64,000 bases of DNA from Schmidtea nova (lineage: Eukaryota), in NCBI GenBank assembly GCA_044892505.1, contig CM097882.1:438898001-438962000 (forward strand), written 5' to 3'. The notes beneath the pieces are model-generated. The model made no database searches. It worked only from the letters and a program-made list of their open reading frames with translations, and was not told where the DNA came from. The translations under genes were made by a program, and so were the position numbers. Below, in pieces: positions 1-11,809 of the stretch. Positions within the stretch are counted from its first letter, which is position 1. Each line of letters begins with the position of its first letter.

Positions 1-522
1 AGTCCTCATATTAGTTGGTAAAATTAAAATTTTTTTTAAATCTAAAAAGTATAAATCGAAAATTTTATTGTACTTCATAAAATTCAAATTTTAAAAATTT
101 AACTAAAAAGATTTATAGATAATAAAATTATTGCTTTATTGTAAAATTTTAATTATATATTTATGTAATTTATTAGTTCATAAATTAACTCCCACGATAT
201 TATAAAAAATATAATACATCCATATTTGCAAAGCAATACATCCACACCATTCATTAACACCATCCATACTAATACCACATGCAACAGTTATTTTAATTCA
301 ACACACACACACACTATCCATTTCAATCATTAGGATCTCCTACACTAAAAAATACTATAAACAATACATCCACTCACCAACATATACAACGTGATTTCAT
401 CTAACAGTATCCACTAGTATCGTACATCCAGACAATCCCCACCAGTGTTCATACAATCACATCCATTGTTTATCGCCTATCTCAGTAGCATCATTTACAA
501 CATACAAACACATACGATCACA
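1..522. repeat. Dispersed repeat, copy 1 (family D; runs off window start)
   Basis: Near-identical to 22386-22649 plus 25919-26182, where a hAT element splits the second copy. Confidence 0.85.
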
Positions 523-1343
523 CAGACAGATATCCACAATAGACCTAACATGGTATCTATAACTACGAACTTGCACTTAGAATGACCACATCATCCACAT
601 TCAAACCATCCTTCTAAAATTTAAAGCAAACGCGTTGTCATAAATCACTAAACTTATACTCAAATCTAATCACAAGCACTATTATAAATTTACGAGAGAA
701 AAAGTAAAAAATAAAAAGGGGAAAAATTTATTAAATAACAACTTAAAATGAAATAAGAATAAACTAAATATAATGTACTAACAATAGAGATGGTTTGTTT
801 TAGAAGTTTCTTGTAATTAGATCCAAAAAAAGTATAAATTCCAACAATTATCGATCGTGGGAAATCTTCGGGAACCAATGTGTAGGATCATTTTCCAAGA
901 AAGAAGTACCGAGTTCTCGGTGCTGGAGTCTGAGACAGATTGCTTCATCATTTGAATATTTGGAACGGAGATATATTTCAATGGTGTAATCCAAATTTGC
1001 TAATGATGGTTAAGTCGTATTATGACAAGAGAAAAGAGAAATTTCTTTTTATTCACATAATCATGAAATAGGCAGTTATAGAAAAAATTATTTTGAAAAG
1101 CCACGAAATGACATTGTTGATTGAATTGAAATTCTATCGCCACTTCTATTAACTGCATTTCGAATTCTCTTCAATTTTTCTTTTGCATAAAATTTTCGAA
1201 CAATATATTTCGAGATCTACTATCTTTTGGTGGAAGATCTTCACCCTGGTAATTTCCCTCGACTCGTAAACTTGATAGTGAGGCTTAAGTCCTGAAAATG
1301 TTGTTATATAAACGAAATAGAATAAATTACCAGTGTATTCAGT

Positions 1344-2347
1344 TGTTGGATGACGAGGGAAGACGCATAGAAGCATTCAAAGTCAATAAATATTATCATA
1401 TTGGCAACAATAGATACCGAATAAATATATATCTAGAAAAGTAACCCCCGATCAAATCTCAGCTATCTCAATCTCAATCATTCAAAGTATCAATTGTCCG
1501 TCCCAATCGTTCGAAATCACTTTCAAAAGTAACTCTCTAAAACTCTGATCAATCATTAACTATTGTCTGTCATCAATCAAACTCAAAACCTGTCTAATCC
1601 TTCATTTGTGATCATCAATTAAATCATTGTCTAACAATTTACAACCCTATCTTTGTGATCATCATCTGACTAATTAGTGAATTTTATTTTATCCCCACAA
1701 ACAATCAAAACTGTTATTTTATTAAATTATGAAAAATTTTGTAGTTTAAAACTTTATTTTATTATTAGTTAGATTTTATTATTTTTTATTATTGTAAAAA
1801 ATTTTTTATTTTATTATTAGTTAAAATTTATTATTGTTCATGTGAATGTCGCAAAACAAAATTTATTAAATGTCGTGGCATAAATCGATTTAATTTTCCA
1901 AGTGAAAGGAATTTACTGTAAATAAAACAATTTTAATAAATGTCAGCACAAATTTCAAATTTTCCAGGTGAAAGGAATTTACTGTAAATAAAACAATTTT
2001 AAATGTCAGCACAAATTTCAGTATATAAGGCAATGACAATTTAGTCAAATTGCCATAAAATCAAAGGTAAAATTTTGCGGTTAAATTTTGCTCTCTCAGG
2101 TACAAATCATGTAGAGCTTTTAAAATCGACCGGTTGGTCAAAAACATATAAAATTTAAAACTTGTTGAAGTTAAATTGAAGGTGTGAAAGTATAGAATAT
2201 CTATTTGTACACAATTATCGGTAATAATTTTGTTAATCTTGTTATTAAATAAATCTTATTAACAAACGTTTATTGTCTTAGTTTATTTATATAGGAACCA
2301 CCAACCCCCAGTTGAGATTTCAAATACACATATTTGAGACCTCAACA
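1344..2347 (+). repeat. 5' LTR (1004 bp)
   Basis: Starts TGTTGGATG, ends CTCAACA; no difference from the 3' LTR seen by eye; ~65-bp tandem duplication (1892-2020) just before TATATAA (2022-2028). Confidence 0.97.
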
Positions 2348-2349
2348 TT

Positions 2350-2367
2350 TGGTGCCGTGAACCGGGA
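2350..2367 (+). promoter_or_regulatory. Primer-binding site, tRNA-His type
   Basis: TGGTGCCGTGA 2 nt after the LTR, complementary to the ...UCACGGCACCA 3' end of eukaryotic tRNA-His(GUG). Confidence 0.85.
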
Positions 2368-2597
2368 CAATAAAATATTATAATATCAATCGGGGGATAG
2401 GAATTGCGATCAGAGGGATAGTGTAATATATTTTGGGAAATATATCTATATTTAAATATTAATTGACCAAAATTAAACTGAAATTAAAGATATAAACACA
2501 TAAGGTTAACAATAACAAAATAGGTAGAAAGATTAAGAAAGTCGATATAAAATCACCTGAAATATTGCACAATTTAAGAAAAAAAGTAATCTACAAG

Positions 2598-3798
2598 ATG
2601 AGTAATAACAGTACAAGTAGCAGCAATAGTGGAAATAACAGTAATACAGAAAACACCAACAGTAATCATAATTTTATAAAACATTACCAATAGAATCATA
2701 TAAAGGAGACCCTGAAAAGTTCGACGACTTTTTTGCCGAAATCGCACAATATGCAGAGGCTTGCGGATGGACAACAAATGAATTAAAACAACGAATCCCA
2801 TTATATTTAAAGAGATATGCGTTACAGGTATATAATAATTTAGCATGCAAAGGCATCAATTATAATGAATTAGTAAAAAACCTTAGAAAAGAAATAGTAA
2901 TAGATCGAGATTTGCAAAAAATAAATGTAGAAGTAGATACCAAGGAGCCAGAGAATCAGTAGGTGAATATATATACACGATAACAGAATTAGCAAAAAAG
3001 GCATTTGGTGCAGGAGATCACACTAGTGAATTAATTGAGGATCAGTTTTGGAACAGAATCCAAAAATATTTATACAAAGCATTAATTACAATTGAGTATG
3101 AAGACTTAAATGAGTTAGTTCATAAAGCAAAACGTATTGAAGCAATACAAAGAGATAGATTTAAACCAGAGATAGATGCTGTAGAAATTGAAAGACAACC
3201 TGAGGTAAAGCCTGAGTTGAGAAATAAAGATGATAGCATCCCTTGGGAAAAAATGAAACAATTATATTTGAATTTTGTTAATAATAGACGAAGAGTTAGT
3301 CCAAGTAGAAGCCAATCACCTGAAAAAAGGGGAAGGTTTAACAGTCCAGGAAATAAAAATTTCGATAATAGAAATAATTTTAAAGATAGTTATAAAAGAA
3401 ATAATAATAGAGATAGTTTTAGAGACAATCGTTTTGATAATGATAGAGACAACATAGACACTTTTAGACATAGTCGTTCTAGTTATAACAGAAACAGTTA
3501 CAATGGATACAATAGAAATAATAGAGATAATCGCTTTGAATATAATAGAAGAGATAATAGATATAGAGATAATTCGAGAAATAGACAGGATAGCCCGGTA
3601 AGGCGAAATATGTATAATAATGATGGTAGAGATAAAGTAAATTTTAATGGACAAATAAAATGTTATAATTGCCAGAGGTATGGGCACTTAGCAAAAGTAT
3701 GCAATAAACCACGAGCTGATTCACCAATTGGAGTAAGATTTAAAAATGAGCCTGAGATAAAACAGGTAAATAGTGCTGAGCTTGAGATAAAGAGATAA
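2598..3798 (+). pseudogene. gag: Gag with RN-rich low-complexity region and CCHC zinc knuckle, frameshifted
   Basis: CYNCQRYGHLAKVC at 3661-3702; capsid-like segment FFAEIAQYAEACGW...IPLYLKRYALQVY; several single-base shifts. Confidence 0.85.
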
Positions 3799-4232
3799 AA
3801 TAATTTAAGATAAATAATTTAAGAGAAGAATTAAAAGAATTTAAAATTCAATATGGAAGACTCATTGAGAGAAAACTTGAAATGTCTATAAATGAATTTA
3901 ACACTTTTACAAATGAGGTAGATATTTATAATGATGAGTTAAAAGAAATTAGAGAAGCAGATGAAATATTTCTTACAGAAGAAAATAGACAAAAAGAATT
4001 AATAGAGGAATTTAAAGAGGTATTGTATAAGCAACCATTTGATGACAATGAAACATTATGAGTAAATAATAAAATACAGGTTAATGTGCATGATTTAAAG
4101 AAGCTTAGAAATTTAATACCAATGATGGTAAAGAGACAAAATGTAACGAGAGTATTTGAATTAGAAATAGAAATAAAAGAGATGTTGAAATGTTATGGAG
4201 AATATATAAGAAAAAATGAAAAATTGCATGAA

Positions 4233-4470
4233 ACACTAAATGTAACGATTGAATCAAATGATAATTATTTTTTAGTATTAAACAAAATTTGCATCCTTGC
4301 ACTAAAGTGAGTAAATTAAAACGAATGGCAAGAGCCAAATGGCCAGGAACCATAGGAAAGAGAGATGTAATAAAATTATATTTTAATGGAATAGAACTAT
4401 TGAATGACGAATATTTAATTGACTATGGGATAAACCCAGTAAGTGATAATATTGTGATAGCTAGTATAGA
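4233..4470 (+). CDS. Ubiquitin-like domain without di-Gly, inside the retroelement polyprotein (one frameshift near 4290)
   Basis: TKVSKLKRM...KLYFNGIELLNDEYLIDYGI aligns by eye with ubiquitin TIENVKAKI...[20 protein letters not shown]. Confidence 0.7.
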
Positions 4471-4705
4471 AAAGCAAAGGATAAATGAAATAATGACACC
4501 AGCACCGTCAGTTGAATTGAGTATAAATGAGGAAAATGATTTTGACAGGTTATTCAGAACATGGGATAAATCACCTAGTGAAACAATGAAATCGATAACG
4601 GGGGAAGAAATTATATTTAAACCTATAGATGATAAATATAGTAAACTACAAGAAACAATAGAAAGAATAGCTGACGAAGCAAAAACGAAAGATGCAGAAA
4701 CATCA

Positions 4706-4732
4706 AAGCGAGGTAGAGGAAGACCTCGAAAA
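4706..4732 (+). CDS. AT-hook motif
   Basis: KRGRGRPRK contains the canonical RGRP core with basic flanks. Confidence 0.8.
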
Positions 4733-4839
4733 TCAGAAATTATAGAAAAATCAGAGAATAGAAAGACAGCAGAACGATTAAGAGAGATTGCAAATCAACA
4801 AAGACATGAACAATCAGAGTATCAAGATGATAGTAATGA

Positions 4840-5200
4840 CGTAAACAAAATAAAAGAAGTAATAAAAGCAATGAATATTAAGCTATTTCCAGAAACAAAG
4901 CCAACAGTACTAATTAAAAATATAACTGAAAGGATGATGTTAATTAAAAAGGATACTAAAGAACTAGCCACAGAGGAGGCAAATGAAAAAACAATATTAA
5001 AAATCCTGTTTAATACAGGGATAGATAAAGATAAAATAATAACGGCCAAGGCATACTTGGCCGCAAGATATAAAAAGCTCATAAAGGAAAATCCAAAAGA
5101 GCAATTAGAAAAAGTAGCAACAATGATGTTTAAAAGATTGAAAGTAGAGGCAATACCATGGATAAAAAAGAAAGGAGGATGGAAAGTATTATATGATAAA
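4840..5200 (+). CDS. Bcl-2-like domain
   Basis: BH2-like PWIKKKGGW (W codon at 5159; cf. Bcl-xL PWIQENGGW) about 35 aa after degenerate BH1-like ILFNTGIDKDKII (cf. LFRDGVNWGRIV). Confidence 0.7.
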
Positions 5201-5280
5201 AATACGACGAATAAAGAGAGTGATACAGATGAGGTAATAAAACAATTAATAAAGAAAGCAACAGTAAAACCAAAGACAGA

Positions 5281-7140
5281 GAGTAAATCGATAACCTCCA
5301 TAGTAATAGTCATAATCACTTTGTTATTAGATTTAATCAAGGGGGGGGGCAATGCAATGGTAGCATATGATTGTCAAAATCCAAAGTGGGGACAAAAATA
5401 CTCGCTGTTAGATGTTGAAAATTGCCCTGAAGCAAATCCAACTAAATTAATCATGTCAGAGCCTCAAATATTCCATGTTTATCAAGAATCAGACTTTATT
5501 CATACGGAGGCTAAAGAGTGTATAGTAAAGTACCAGGAGGAAGCATATATATGTCATGCTGGGGCAAGAACAGTGTTAAAACCTACGTGGACACCCGAAG
5601 CAGTAATATTGTCGCCAATAGAGTGTGAAGATGCATTCAAAACAAATAAAGTAAAATATAGCGGTCATAAAGAAATCGAACTAGAAGCAAGGATAGGAGC
5701 AAAAATGAGACAAGATGTAAATGTCGTGGGATGGACATCAAAAGGTGGATATTGTGAAAGAGGGAGAATATACAATATAGGGTGAAAAACTGAGTAATGT
5801 TGTAGTAAGGAGACACTACATGGTAGAACTGAGAAAGTTCAAAGCATCATTCGACAGCAGCTCAAAGAAAATGATGATATACAAATTTTGTACATTAGAA
5901 GAATCTTATTGCGATACAGGAGAATCAATGCTAATATACAAAATAGATAAATACGATTGCCAGTTAACAAAATTAAAATCATTAAAGTTTAGGGAAATCA
6001 AAGGAAAACAGTTCACAGAAGTAGACTCAAAAAGAGTGAGAGATCAAAAAAGGAAAACAACAATTGTACAAGAAAAAGATACACCAACAATATATATGTC
6101 AGAATCTGAAAACGAAGCAATGAGGTTCGTTAGTAAAAGGAAAAGTGTAAAATGTGGTAAGGAAATAATACAAACTAATTATGAAGGGATATACATAAGT
6201 AAAGAAGAAGTCAAAGATGCAAAACAAAAAGTAAATTAATTCGACGTCAAACTTGCATCATATTTCAACAATAAAATCGATTTTTTCTATAATAATCAAC
6301 TAGTACAATTAGATAAAGTATATCAATCAACAATTATGAGCGATTGCAAACTCAACAGAGAAATATTAAGGACAAAAATGGCAGTCGCGGTAACAAACCC
6401 AGATTTAATGGCACCAATAATCTTCTCAGAAGAAGGAACATTTGCAAGGATAGTAGGAGAAGTGATACAGACATTTCAATGTAAACCTGTTAGTGTATCA
6501 TTAGCAACAAACAATCAGTGCACAAAAGAGCTACCAGTAATATATAATGGAGAAAAGGTATACCTTCAACCAATTACTAGAATACTAACAGAAAAAACAT
6601 ATATACCGAGAAAAATAGAAAAATGCACTAACTTATTAGACCCATTATACAAAATAAATGACGAAATGTGGATATCTATGTCAGATAGAAAGGAGGCAAT
6701 GAAACCCCTCAAATTAGAACTCATAAAGTTAGAAAAAAGATTAGAGTTTAAAGAAATCAACGATATGGACAGCAATGGTATATATACAAGAGAAGCTATA
6801 GAAAGTGCAAGAAAACACATGCTATTTCCAAACGAAAAAGAAAGAGTACTGTCAATAATGGTGAACAGAGTTATCGAAGGAAGTTACGGAGGAAATTACA
6901 ACTTTGATGTAAGAGTAGAAAGTAGCATATAAAGTACTATATAGCATATGGGGATATTTTGCAGTCCTTGGAAACATGTTTTCTACAATCTTAGGTATAT
7001 ATTATACGGTTGCATTACTAAAAATGATATGTTCTTCTCTAGTATCACTGAGACAGCTAAAACAAGTATTTGGAAATTCATATAAATTATTAGCATGTTT
7101 GTGCCCATTTATAGCTAAATATCTTAAATCGGCGAAACAC
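5281..7140 (+). pseudogene. env: Envelope glycoprotein, chuvirus/herpes-gB (class III)-like; disrupted by frameshifts and in-frame stops
   Basis: Hydrophobic SITSIVIVIITLLLDLI then AYDC...YSLLDVENC; GEVIQTFQCKPVSV, CTKELPVIY...YLQPITRIL, GIYT...LFPNE; TM WGYFAVLGNMFSTILGIYYTVALLKMI. Confidence 0.85.
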
Positions 7141-7439
7141 GACAAGGAAATACGTTTAATAAAAGTCCAAAGGAATGAAGAAAGGCAATTATTGGTAGAT
7201 GATGAAAACGATGAGGAAATAATTAAAGCACATATATCACATGAAGGAAATGTACCACAACAAGGACTATATGAAAACCAAAGAGAACAACTAAAAGAGC
7301 TACAAGAAAATATAGAAATCAAAATTCCTAGAGAAAACAAGAATTGTCACTGTGAACCTAAAAAGATATATGGTTGTTATAGCTTAGAAGTCGAAACAAT
7401 GGAACGATTAGATGCAGCAAACGAAGCAAGACCAAGACT

Positions 7440-10400
7440 TAAAATAATTATAAACAATATAATCATAAATGCATTAGTAGATACAGGAGCAGCAACATCC
7501 TTAATTAGAGAAGATCAACTGACAGATGATCAAAAAAGAAATATTATGAGCACAACGGATAAAGTAGTATCGCTATCAGCACATTGTATTCCACTAAAGG
7601 GAGACATAGAACTAATAGTCGAAACACTAGAACAGGTAATAAACCACATATTTAAAGTGGTACAAGAATGTTATAGCATATATATATTGGGAATCGATAT
7701 ACTCAACAAGTTAGAAAACTGCATCATAGATTTAACAGATAATACGATAAAGAGAAAAGCAATTAAACATAAATCCAAGTTCACAGAAGTTGTTGCATTA
7801 GAAGCATTTGAATTGGAATATGAATGCGATCATATAATTCCCTTAAAAGTTAACATCAAAAGTGAGGACACTTTTATTTTTGAGCCAGAAACGGCAATTA
7901 TACAAAATCAGAATATAATGCTAACCAATGAATGCGTAATTCCGAGAAAGGGAATAATACCATTGAGAATAGCAAATTATGAAAAAAGTAATGTTAAAAT
8001 ACACAAAGGTACGAAATTGGGAAAATTATTCAAAGGTGAATTAGAGAAAACGTACGAAGTCAGTGAGACAAGCGTGATGAATGATAACGACAAGGGAGTA
8101 GTCGAACCTAGTAAGATAAATAATATAAAATCATATGACAAAGTAAAAATTAATAATAAATACTTAACAATAACACAACAAACACAACTACAAACATTGA
8201 TAGATAAATATAGTGATGTTTTTGCAAAACACGAATTTGATCTAGGAGATACCGATATAATCAAACATGTAATAGATACAGGTAATGCTAGACCAATAAA
8301 ACAAAGACCATACAGCGTACCATATAAGTTAAGAGAGGAAATAAAACGACAAATCAAAGAACTAAACGATGCAGGTGTAATAAAACAGAGTTTTTCACAG
8401 TGGGCATCACCCATTGTACCCGTTAAAAAGAAAGATGGAGAAATAAGAATGTGCATTGACTATCGCAAATTAAATGATGTAACAGTAAAAGACTCATACC
8501 CATTCCCAAAAGCACAAGAGCAATACGATAAACTTAGGGATGCTAAGTATTTTTCAGTCATTGATGCCAATAAAGGGTATATGCAAATTCAAATGGAAGA
8601 AGGAGATGCGGAAAAAACAGCATTTGTTATTGAGGATGGTTTATATGAGTACACACGACTACCTTTTGGGTTAACTAACGCACCAGCTACATTTCAGCGT
8701 TTAATGAACACAATATTAGTAAATGTACAACACTGCGCAGTTTACATGGATGATATACTAATATCATCAAAAACATTTGAGGAACATTTAAAAGATATAA
8801 CAAACGTACTTGAGAGACAAAGAAAAGCAAGGATAAAAATTAAACCAACCAAATGTAAATGGGCAGAACCATCAGCATTATTTTTAGGGCATATAGTTAC
8901 AGTTGAAGGGATAAAACCAAATCCAGAAAAAATAAAAGTTGTAAACAAATTCCCGATACCAAAAACAGTGCAACAAGTACAAGGGTTTTTAGGTTTAACA
9001 AGCTATTACCGTAAATTCATACAAGATTATGCAAAGATAGCATCACCTATAATAGAACTAACAAAAGGAATTAAAACAAAAGGAGAATGCAAAGATGTGT
9101 TAATAGTACAAGAAATTAACAATAAAGTTAACAAGATACAAAAGAAGTGGACAAAGGAACATCAAGAACATCATTCGATAAACTAAAAGAAAGATTGATA
9201 ACAGCACCAGTGTTAAGGTACCCAGATTTCGAAAAACAATTTATAGTAATGACGGATGCCAGCGGGAAAGCCGTAGGAGCAGTCTTAGGTCAAGAGGAAG
9301 AGAAAGGGAAAGATTACGTAATAACATATGCTAGTAAAACATTAAAAGGAGCACAGCTGAGGTATTCAACAATAGAGAAAGAATGTTACGCAATAGAATT
9401 TGCCCTAAAACAATTCAAACCATACATATATGGAACTGAAGTAATAATAAGAACGGACCATAAACCATTAGAAGGCTTATGGAAACATAAGGATACATCA
9501 AGTAGACTACTAAAATGGGCAATGAAAATACAAGATATGCACTTGAAAATTATATATAAACCAGGTAGAATAAACAAAAACGCAGATGCACTGTCAAGAA
9601 TACCAGAATTAGGAGCACTTGAAATATTTGCACTAGTAGCAGAAAAGCCAATCGATATATATGAGTAACAGATGAAAGACCTAGAAATCAGCAAAATAAG
9701 AAATGAAATCAGAAAAGAAAGTAATTCAAAGTATAAAATATCAAAGAGATTAGTAGTAATAGAGGATTTCAGTGGTAAACAATTAATAGTAGTACCTCAA
9801 AAATTAAGACAAATACTTCTATTACAATATCACGATGGAGCATTAGGAGGTCACTTATCATCTAGAAAAACAGCAAGTAGATTATTACAAAAATATTACT
9901 GGAAGAGTTAAAGAAAGATGTTAAGAGATGGTGTAACGCGTGTACAATATGTGCAACAAGAAAAAATACAGGCACAAAAACAAAAGCGCCGTTACACCCT
10001 ATTCCAGCAACAACATCACCAATGGAACTATGTGCAATGGACTTCCTATGTAAATTACCTACTACAATTAATGGGAATAAACATATACTAGTATTTAGTG
10101 ATTATTTTACTAGATGGGCGGAAGCATTCCCAACAAAAGATGAAACAGCAGAAACTGTTGCTAAATTACTCATAGAAAAAATAATTTTTAAGATAGGTAC
10201 ACCTAAAAGATTATTAACAGATAAAGGAACAAATTTTACTAGCGAATTAATAAAAAGGGTAGCTAGCATTTTTAACATGCAAAAGATCAACACAACAGCG
10301 TATCACCCTCAAACTGATGGGCTAGTAGAAAGGTTTAACGGGACATTATTAAGCAGACTAGCGGTCTTTGTAGGCAAAAATCAAAATGATTGGGACGAAT

Positions 10401-10900
10401 ACGTAAGTCAATGCACATACATCCATAATATCACTCCAAATGAAACAACAGGGTATTCACCGTATTACTTAATGTTCTTAAGAGAACTAGCAACACCAAT
10501 AGATACAATTTTTGAACCTCGAGTATCACAATATTTAGACGCACCAGATTATGTCACACTAATGCAGGAAAAACTGCAAGAAGTGTATAAAGTAGCTAAT
10601 TTAAAAGTCAAATTTAGACAAGAACAGTACAAAGCCGACTATGACAAAAATAGTAAACCACATAACTTTAAAGTAGGTGATAAGGTTAGACTTATGTCAC
10701 CACATGTAGGAAAAGGAAAAACAACAAAGTTAGCAAGACCATATAAAGGTCCATACGAAGTAGTAAAAGTAATAAATGAGAATCTACACCTACAAAAGCA
10801 CAAAAATGAGGATCCAATAGTAGTACATGTTAACAGATGCAAGTTAGCAGAGGCAGAGGTCACGATAGATAAACCTCACAAGTATAATCTTAGGTCTCAT
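7440..10900 (+). pseudogene. pol: Pol: aspartic protease, RT, RNase H, integrase
   Basis: LVDTGA (7480), MCIDYRKLN, YMDD (8743), TDAS...YSTIEKECYA, HHCC (9831-9952), D..D..E, GPY and YNLRS; frameshifts near 9170 and 9905, TAA at 9666. Confidence 0.97.
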
Positions 10901-10903
10901 AAC

Positions 10904-11688
10904 AAGCTAATAATATCGGCTATCTTCTTAACAATCATAACAGTTGTTGGTTCAACCAAAACATTAGAATTTGACAAATTATTAATAAAAATATCAACAA
11001 ACGAAGTGAGGGTATTTATCATAAACACGGGAGTAATCGACATATACATGCAAACACCAGATAAAGAAAATCCAAAGATGATAAAAAGAAAAGAGGACAG
11101 TACAACCAAGGAAATCGAAAGAGGAAACTATGTTAACTTCACAAAACTAACACCTAATACAATATACAGAATCTGCATACAGAGAGACACAGATACAACA
11201 ATATGGAGATGCAAGAGAATAAAAACAGAACAGAATAAAAAACAAAGATCCAAGCATAACAAAAACGACGACAATAACACCAGATAGAACAGAAAGCACA
11301 AGAACAAAGACAACGACAACAAACAATATATTAAATATCACTGCACATATAGACAAAATACCAACAAACACTAGAATAACAAAATTCCAAAAACAACAAC
11401 AAAAACAAAAACATATCAAAATAAAACAAGGAAAACCAATAGTTACATAACTTAGAGGAACTACAAGCATTTCAAAAAAGGGATAAAAAGCCACATTGGC
11501 CATATTATGTAATCACAGCATCGATAATAACATTAGCAGTCTTAGCTTTAGTAACTAGCACACAAATATACAAAAAGTACAAATGGAAAAGGCAGCGGTA
11601 TTGGAGCCGACTGGTCAAAGATGTACCAGGACATTTCCATTTTGATAAATACATACCTGGCATATACACAATATCAACACAAGTATGA
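10904..11688 (+). pseudogene. Type I membrane module fused after integrase: signal peptide, FN3-like domain, Thr-rich stalk, TM, tail ending STQV
   Basis: LIISAIFLTIITVVGS is in frame with integrase; FN3 signature FTKLTPNTIYRICI; after frameshifts TKTTTITPDRTESTRTKTTTT, TM YYVITASIITLAVLALVTS, KKYKWKRQR, TGA at 11686-11688. Confidence 0.7.
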
Positions 11689-11809
11689 TGCAAACTGGTC
11701 AATAATATTTATTAAAATTATATATATGTATATCTATATTTTGGTGTATGAGGGAAAACCAGCATTACACTTCAAATTTAAAATTGATTATTTAATTTGT
11801 AGAAAGAAA

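Noticed and set aside
1170-1250. Hammerhead-like sequence on the minus strand (...GTGA-AGATCT...AGATCT-CGAAATATATTG)
   Set aside because: The CUGANGA core is absent and stem I does not form; at most a dead relic
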